DNA of 53,114 nt, the filler included, from Jimgerdemannia flammicorona (Eukaryota): NCBI GenBank assembly GCA_003990765.1. It is 3 parts of 3 records of this genome, joined end to end, with 100 filler letters (N's around TTAATTAATTAA, not from the genome) between each part and the next. Parts side by side here need not be neighbours in the genome. Positions count along the whole stretch, not along the records: positions 35,478 to 53,114 come from RBNJ01002466.1; 2 more parts are not named here. The stretch is one strand, 5' to 3'. Numbering within the stretch: the first letter of the stretch is position 1; each line of letters starts with the position of its first letter. The notes beneath the pieces are model-generated. The model saw only the letters and a list, made by a program, of their open reading frames with translations, ran no database searches and was not told the origin of the DNA. A program made the position numbers and the translations under genes. Positions 47,842-53,114 of this stretch are shown piece after piece.

Positions 47842-49767
47842 TTAGTAGATGCCTGCAAAGGGGGTGGGTATGTGAGATAGTGATTCTAACCCAGTTGAAA
47901 AACTGCAGACCCCTGCATTTTGCTACCACAAGTGCAAAGATGCCACCAAAAACACAGGGCTTACCGGGAATAATCCTCCACTTCACAATCTCGCAATATC
48001 TATCCCAATCCTTCCCATACTTCTTACGGCACTTGTCATCATCGCGCCGCTCGCGATGAAGTAGCAGGATCGCGAAATAAATCATGTAGAAGTAGGGAAT
48101 CGGCGTGGCGTATCCGCAGGGAAGGCACCACGCGATGGACATGAGCCAGTCACCCAGGTAGTTGATGTGTCGGGAAATGCCCCACCATCCGGAGGTCAGG
48201 AGGCGTGTACCGGCAGTGGTTTCAATGTATTCAAGGTCTGGATGACGTTGTTGACACAATATGACATATTAGAGAATGTGCGAGATGTCAATCTCGAATG
48301 ATGTAATCATCCATTTAATGAGCTATCTTTGCAGTTGGCATCCTAACCCAACGAAATGAGAGGGCGAGTCACTACTCACGCTTAACATCGTCACCCTCAG
48401 GATCGGTTCTAAATTTGTTTTTCTGCCCGTTCGACGACCGGAAGATGTAGTATCCTGTGAGCTGGAGCGCGATGACGCCAACCAGCTCGGCATAGTTTAG
48501 GTCACGCGGGAAGGCGGCGAGGTAACGCGCCTGGAGCGAATAAACCATGGGAAGCCAGGACAGATTACCGAAGGCGAGCATAAACCCGAAGCCGTCGGTA
48601 GTGATGTCCATGGTGGTAAGGACGGCGGCCTAATGTAGCAGAGGTGGGTGAGAATGAGCTCCACGAGGTTCACAGGCGCTCAATTTGACAGTTAAATACT
48701 ATATTTACCTCGTTGTACAACGAGTCGATCACGTACCACGCCTGGAACACGTTCACGAGCATCATGCTGTTTGTAACTCGGCCTAGAGACACGTACTGCT
48801 TGATGGCCATAGCCGAGTTGCTTGTGACCCAACCAATCAGTCCGGGGCGAAGTTCGATGAAATACTTGATGTCAAACTTGCCGATGCGGGGGTTGAGCTC
48901 GCGGCCGATCATAAACTAGATAGGATGAAACGAGGGACATTTGGATTGTGTTGAGGATGGGGTATCGATTATTGGAAGCTAAAGGATAAATAATATATAG
49001 CCCACGTCGTAAATCCAGATTCCCGTGTTACCGCCGAGAGCCAGAAGCTTGCCTGGCAAAAAGCTCGAGCCATAGACATAGAAGGAGACAATGAAGGAGA
49101 AGATGTTGGCGGCGGTCACAATGCCGACCCAGTGATCATAGATGAAGAGGAAAGGGCCAAAACCGGACGAGCGGATATTAAGGAAACCCATAGCAATGAG
49201 CAGATGGAGCGAGGCAAAAGCTGGGCATGTCGGAAGTGATGAGAATGTTATGTATCAAATGACGAGTTCAATATACCTACCCAGAACTCAGTGACATGGA
49301 GCTGAAGCAGACAGTATCATGTAATCACCGTTAACTTTGTATTTAAGCCTCTTGCCATTTCTCAACAAAGTTCCCTCAATTTCCTCTCCTGGAAGTACGA
49401 TGTACAACCCTGCGAGAAACAGCACGAAGCCAAGGTACGCGGCGTAGGCGGTGGGGTCGTACATGTTAGCCAAGAAGAATTTCAGACTGAACCAGCGGGA
49501 GAGATCCTCGACGCCGATAGACCAGATGGATTTTGGCGGGCAGCCATCCTCGTTGCAGAAGAAGGCAAGGAACCAGACTAGGAGCGGCAGGAAAGTGATC
49601 ATAGCTGCCGCACCCGGTGGGCCTAAAAACTCGAAGTGCTCGGTTTTGGGATTGAGCTTCTCGTAGTTGATAACACCACTGGGAGAGGCTTCCACCTCGG
49701 CAGTGTTGGGGCTAGGACTGGGGCTAGGGACTGGGTTTGTCGCTGTTTGGCGTTTCTTGGGAGGCAT
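47842..49767 (-). CDS. ERG24: Delta(14)-sterol reductase
   Basis: Exons 49767-49329, 49220-49006, 48915-48709, 48629-48380, 48237-47965, 47852-47842; motifs [65 protein letters not shown]. Confidence 0.95.
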
Positions 49768-50283
49768 TGTCAAGAGAGACGAAGGGTATCCAAAAAGAAG
49801 TAGAGAACACGGGAATCACATGTTATCTCCATCGGGAAATCCCGATGAACCAATTCGGCCGCTTGCATTATTTAAAAATGGTGTTTATTAGTGAATATAA
49901 GAACGAAACAGAACTTCGAACCCCATGGCAAGTTGCTACAAGTATTGTACAAATTCAAAGAAAACATCTATACCTACCAAACGTATTAACAAAGCAAGAG
50001 TATTTCCATCAGTAACAGGCATAAGTGATACGCGATACAGAGTGGCTCCATGAACGACCAAACCTATAGAATACGTTGGAAAAACAAAAACAAAAAACAA
50101 AAAATATAATTGTGCAAGGTTTTGCACGCGTTGGCGTTCGCATCAAAGCTATCCTGATTCACACACTATTTCCGACTACTGGCATGCATGTATACACAAA
50201 ACGTAATTCCACAATGTCTAAAAGAGTCCACATCTCGCGGGAGAACTCCCATCAACTTATTTTGAACAACAGGGCCAACTTCT

Positions 50284-51375
50284 TCATTTCACTCCCATTC
50301 CTCCGCGACCGATTAGACATCGGTTCGCGTAATGACCCTTCTGGCCACACTGTGTATTCCCAAATGCCGAAACCATCATTAGTATATACTGTACGCAAAG
50401 TCAAAGAAATATTCACATCCTCCCAAAACACGTCTCAGCGACGTAGCATCCTACCTTATAACACGTCACATCCTCCAATCTCTTGAACCCACCACCACTG
50501 TAAAACCCGCCGGTGTTCTGCCCCGCCATCGGCACGCGTTCCTCCCACTCATGCACGGCATCACCACCCTCATCTTTGTGCGACGACTGTGGTAGATCGT
50601 ACTTGGGGTGCCCATTAGGACAGTTGAGGCCGAGCGAGCAAAACCCTGTCAGGTAGTTTTGGCAAATTAGCATGCGGACGTGTTTGCGTTTGCAATTTGG
50701 ACCTGTTGGTGAATGTTGGTAGTGAGTTATCAGAAAGAGCTAGAATCGGGGACACCAAAGTCTCGATATTCAAGAAGCGGCTCGACAATAAACGATGAGT
50801 CCAAAGGCACACACCATGCTTGCAGAAACCCCTCGCATACCACACGCATTCCTTCACCTCGGCGTCTGGATCGACATGCAGGTACATGCACTCGTCGCCA
50901 TTCGTGCACTCGCGATACTGACTATAGAACCAGCACTCGGGCATCTTCTTTAGGTTGAACTCATGCAGGAACTCGCACTGTTCGCCTTTCTTGCAGAGGC
51001 CACGTAACCAATGCTTGCACACGACGGCTTTGTCACGACCGCTGCTCTGGTGCCGGAACTGGCACAAGTGGCCCTTATTGCAGTTGCCCTTGAGGTAAAA
51101 CTTGCAGACCTGTTCATCTGGTCGTAAACGGTTATGGTTCGTCAGTTGGAACCTAGGTGTGAGGTAGCGCATTGCAGAGTTCGGTTTACGACGGGAAAGA
51201 CAAAGAGAGAATACGCAAAAGGAGCTCAGTGGTGCTTACCTTCTTTCCCAAACTCCTTGTTCAGATCCAGGCCGAGCTCATTCTTGATGAATTCTTCAAA
51301 GTCGAAAGTGTATAACTTGTTCAAGTTTGGTGTGAACATTGTTGTAAGGGTTTCGACGGGCATGATGCTTGTCAT
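50284..51375 (-). CDS. YTH1: mRNA 3'-end processing factor CPSF30/Yth1
   Basis: Exons 51375-51240, 51117-50815, 50702-50455, 50349-50284; five CCCH fingers (VCKHWLRGLCKKGEQCEFLHE..KMPEC) and C-terminal CYKCGQKGHYANRC knuckle. Confidence 0.94.
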
Positions 51376-51789
51376 AGGGGTGTGCAAACTTATAGAGGAT
51401 GAGGGGATATAAGCCACGAGACATTTTTATACTCGAAATTCGAGATGACGTCGATCGTACCTTTATTCAAACAGCAACACCGATGGGTCTAAGCGAGCAT
51501 GGCTAGTCAACACTAGTCAGGCACGTGAAATTCACCCCGTACACCAAGTTTCGCAACTTGCCCTTCGTCAAGCACTGGGAGCCCCGGCTTGGAAACCTGC
51601 CGAAATGGATAATCCTTTTTGAGTGCAGGGGACAGAAACCCTCGGGCTGCACAAAAAAAAAGTCAAGCTCCTCACCTCATATGGTATGCTAAATTGTGCC
51701 AAGAATGTATGTACAGCCACAATGAGTGTAAGTGTACAACCTCACCCTCAGAACTAATTCAGAAACCACATGCAAGATCATGAAACAAG

Positions 51790-52050
51790 TTACTGAAGAG
51801 ATCACCTGGTTATACAAAATATACCAACAAGCATAAGAACTTATTACTAAGATATAAGAATATCAGAAGTACTACAACTATAAGACTGATCTTGAACCTC
51901 TACTCATTAGATAACTAGTCTTAGTATACTATACTATTATAAAAGAAAACTGAAGTGCCAAACCCAAACTGAAATAAGAAGAACTCTATCTCATTCATCA
52001 AAAGTTTATGAACTATACTTATCAACTTAAGACTAAGATATACTGTAACT
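51790..52050 (+). mobile_element. Decayed gypsy/Ginger-type integrase C-terminus
   Basis: EEITWLYKIYQQA*ELITKI*EYQK..PLLIR*LVLVY..EN*SAKPKLK*EELYLIH..TYQLKT resembles the GxLVL..WSAKLEPKWEGPY tail after G>A/C>T decay. Confidence 0.55.
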
Positions 52051-52299
52051 ATATAAGATCTTATTACTTAATAGAAGTAAAATACATTTAAATAACTCTG
52101 TTTACTCTATTTATATCACCTTTATTGGAAAATGATGGATGCTTCATCTGGAACTCAAGAAAGCCAACATTGTCAAAACCAATCTCAAGTCCATCTATGT
52201 GATAAATATTGCTACTAGAAATTATCTCAGATTATAGAAAATATTATTTCTAAGAGGTTTGAATCCTCAGCTACAACAATGAGAGCTCTTGCCCAAGAC

Positions 52300-52723
52300 T
52301 AGTACTCCCAACAAATCGAATCAAATCAAATTTGGCCCAAACTCGATTCAATTTGATCAAATCAGGGGTCCAATTTGATTCGATTCAAATTAAATCAAAG
52401 GTCCAATTTGATTTGAAGTTTGATTCAAACCTTAATTTTCAAAATATAATAACTCGACGAAAACTCATCCAAATTTAACATATTTTAGCTTGTTAGATTC
52501 ACTGTATTAATGTGATTCTAACAAGCTAAAGTACATTAGATTTGGTTGAGTTTATGCTGAGTTATTGTATTTTGAAAATTAGGGTTCAAATTAGACCCTC
52601 AATTTGATTCAACTTTTGATTCGATTCAAATTGATTCGAATTGAAAAATCCTCAATTTGATTCGACTCATTTAACCCTCAATTTGATTTGATTTGATTTG
52701 ATTCAACTCATTTGGGAGCACTA
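52300..52723. mobile_element. hAT-type MITE (424 bp)
   Basis: TAGTACTCCCAA...TTGGGAGCACTA termini; perfect 8-bp TSD CCCAAGAC. Confidence 0.92.
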
Positions 52724-53043
52724 CCCAAGACAAAGATGGCCAATTCTTACAAATATACTAATAGTCTAAAAAAAAAGAGAACCAAGATCTACTATTCTTA
52801 TACAACTACTACTACTGAGAACAGCTTTAATTTTACAAGAGATAGATATAACAATATCTTAAAACTAATGATATCAGAAGTTAAGAGACTGTTCAGACTT
52901 CATTAAGAGATAATATCATTACTAATAATCTTATTAAAAACTATCTAGATAATATCTAAATCTATAGATAGCTCAGCAGTCATTAGTATAGTTAGATTAG
53001 CCTTATATAATATGACTGCATACTGACTTAGCAGTCAGATAAT

Positions 53044-53046
<3 letters not shown>

Positions 53047-53114
<68 letters not shown>
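53047..53114. repeat. Poly(T) run at the window end
   Basis: Homopolymer; possibly the tail of a minus-strand retroelement outside the window. Confidence 0.6.

Overview
Eukaryotic, intron-containing DNA from a fungus. An early-diverging Mucoromycota-type lineage is my inference from intron style, gene content and TE types. The window is three contigs joined by artificial 100-bp N/TTAATTAATTAA/N linkers (17640-17739, 35378-35477). (1) 1-17.6 kb: a local array of at least six decayed, internally deleted copies of one convergent two-gene cassette, a MED15/GAL11 Mediator gene plus an unidentified intron-containing gene ('gene B'). The copies lie in direct and inverted orientation and include a multi-kb inverted repeat centred near 12.4 kb. 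(2) 17.7-38.4 kb: a nested TE block. An old LINE is interrupted by a Ty3/gypsy chromovirus that carries a dUTPase between Gag and protease. That element is itself interrupted by two L1/Tx1-like LINEs, and a second related chromovirus follows the gap. All show heavy C>T/G>A decay. (3) 38.4-53.1 kb: hAT-type MITEs, a methyltransferase remnant and five apparently intact genes (stand-alone WWE-like protein, maltose O-acetyltransferase, Na+/solute symporter, ERG24, YTH1/CPSF4), then a decayed integrase remnant. Boundaries of decayed copies were aligned by eye and are approximate.
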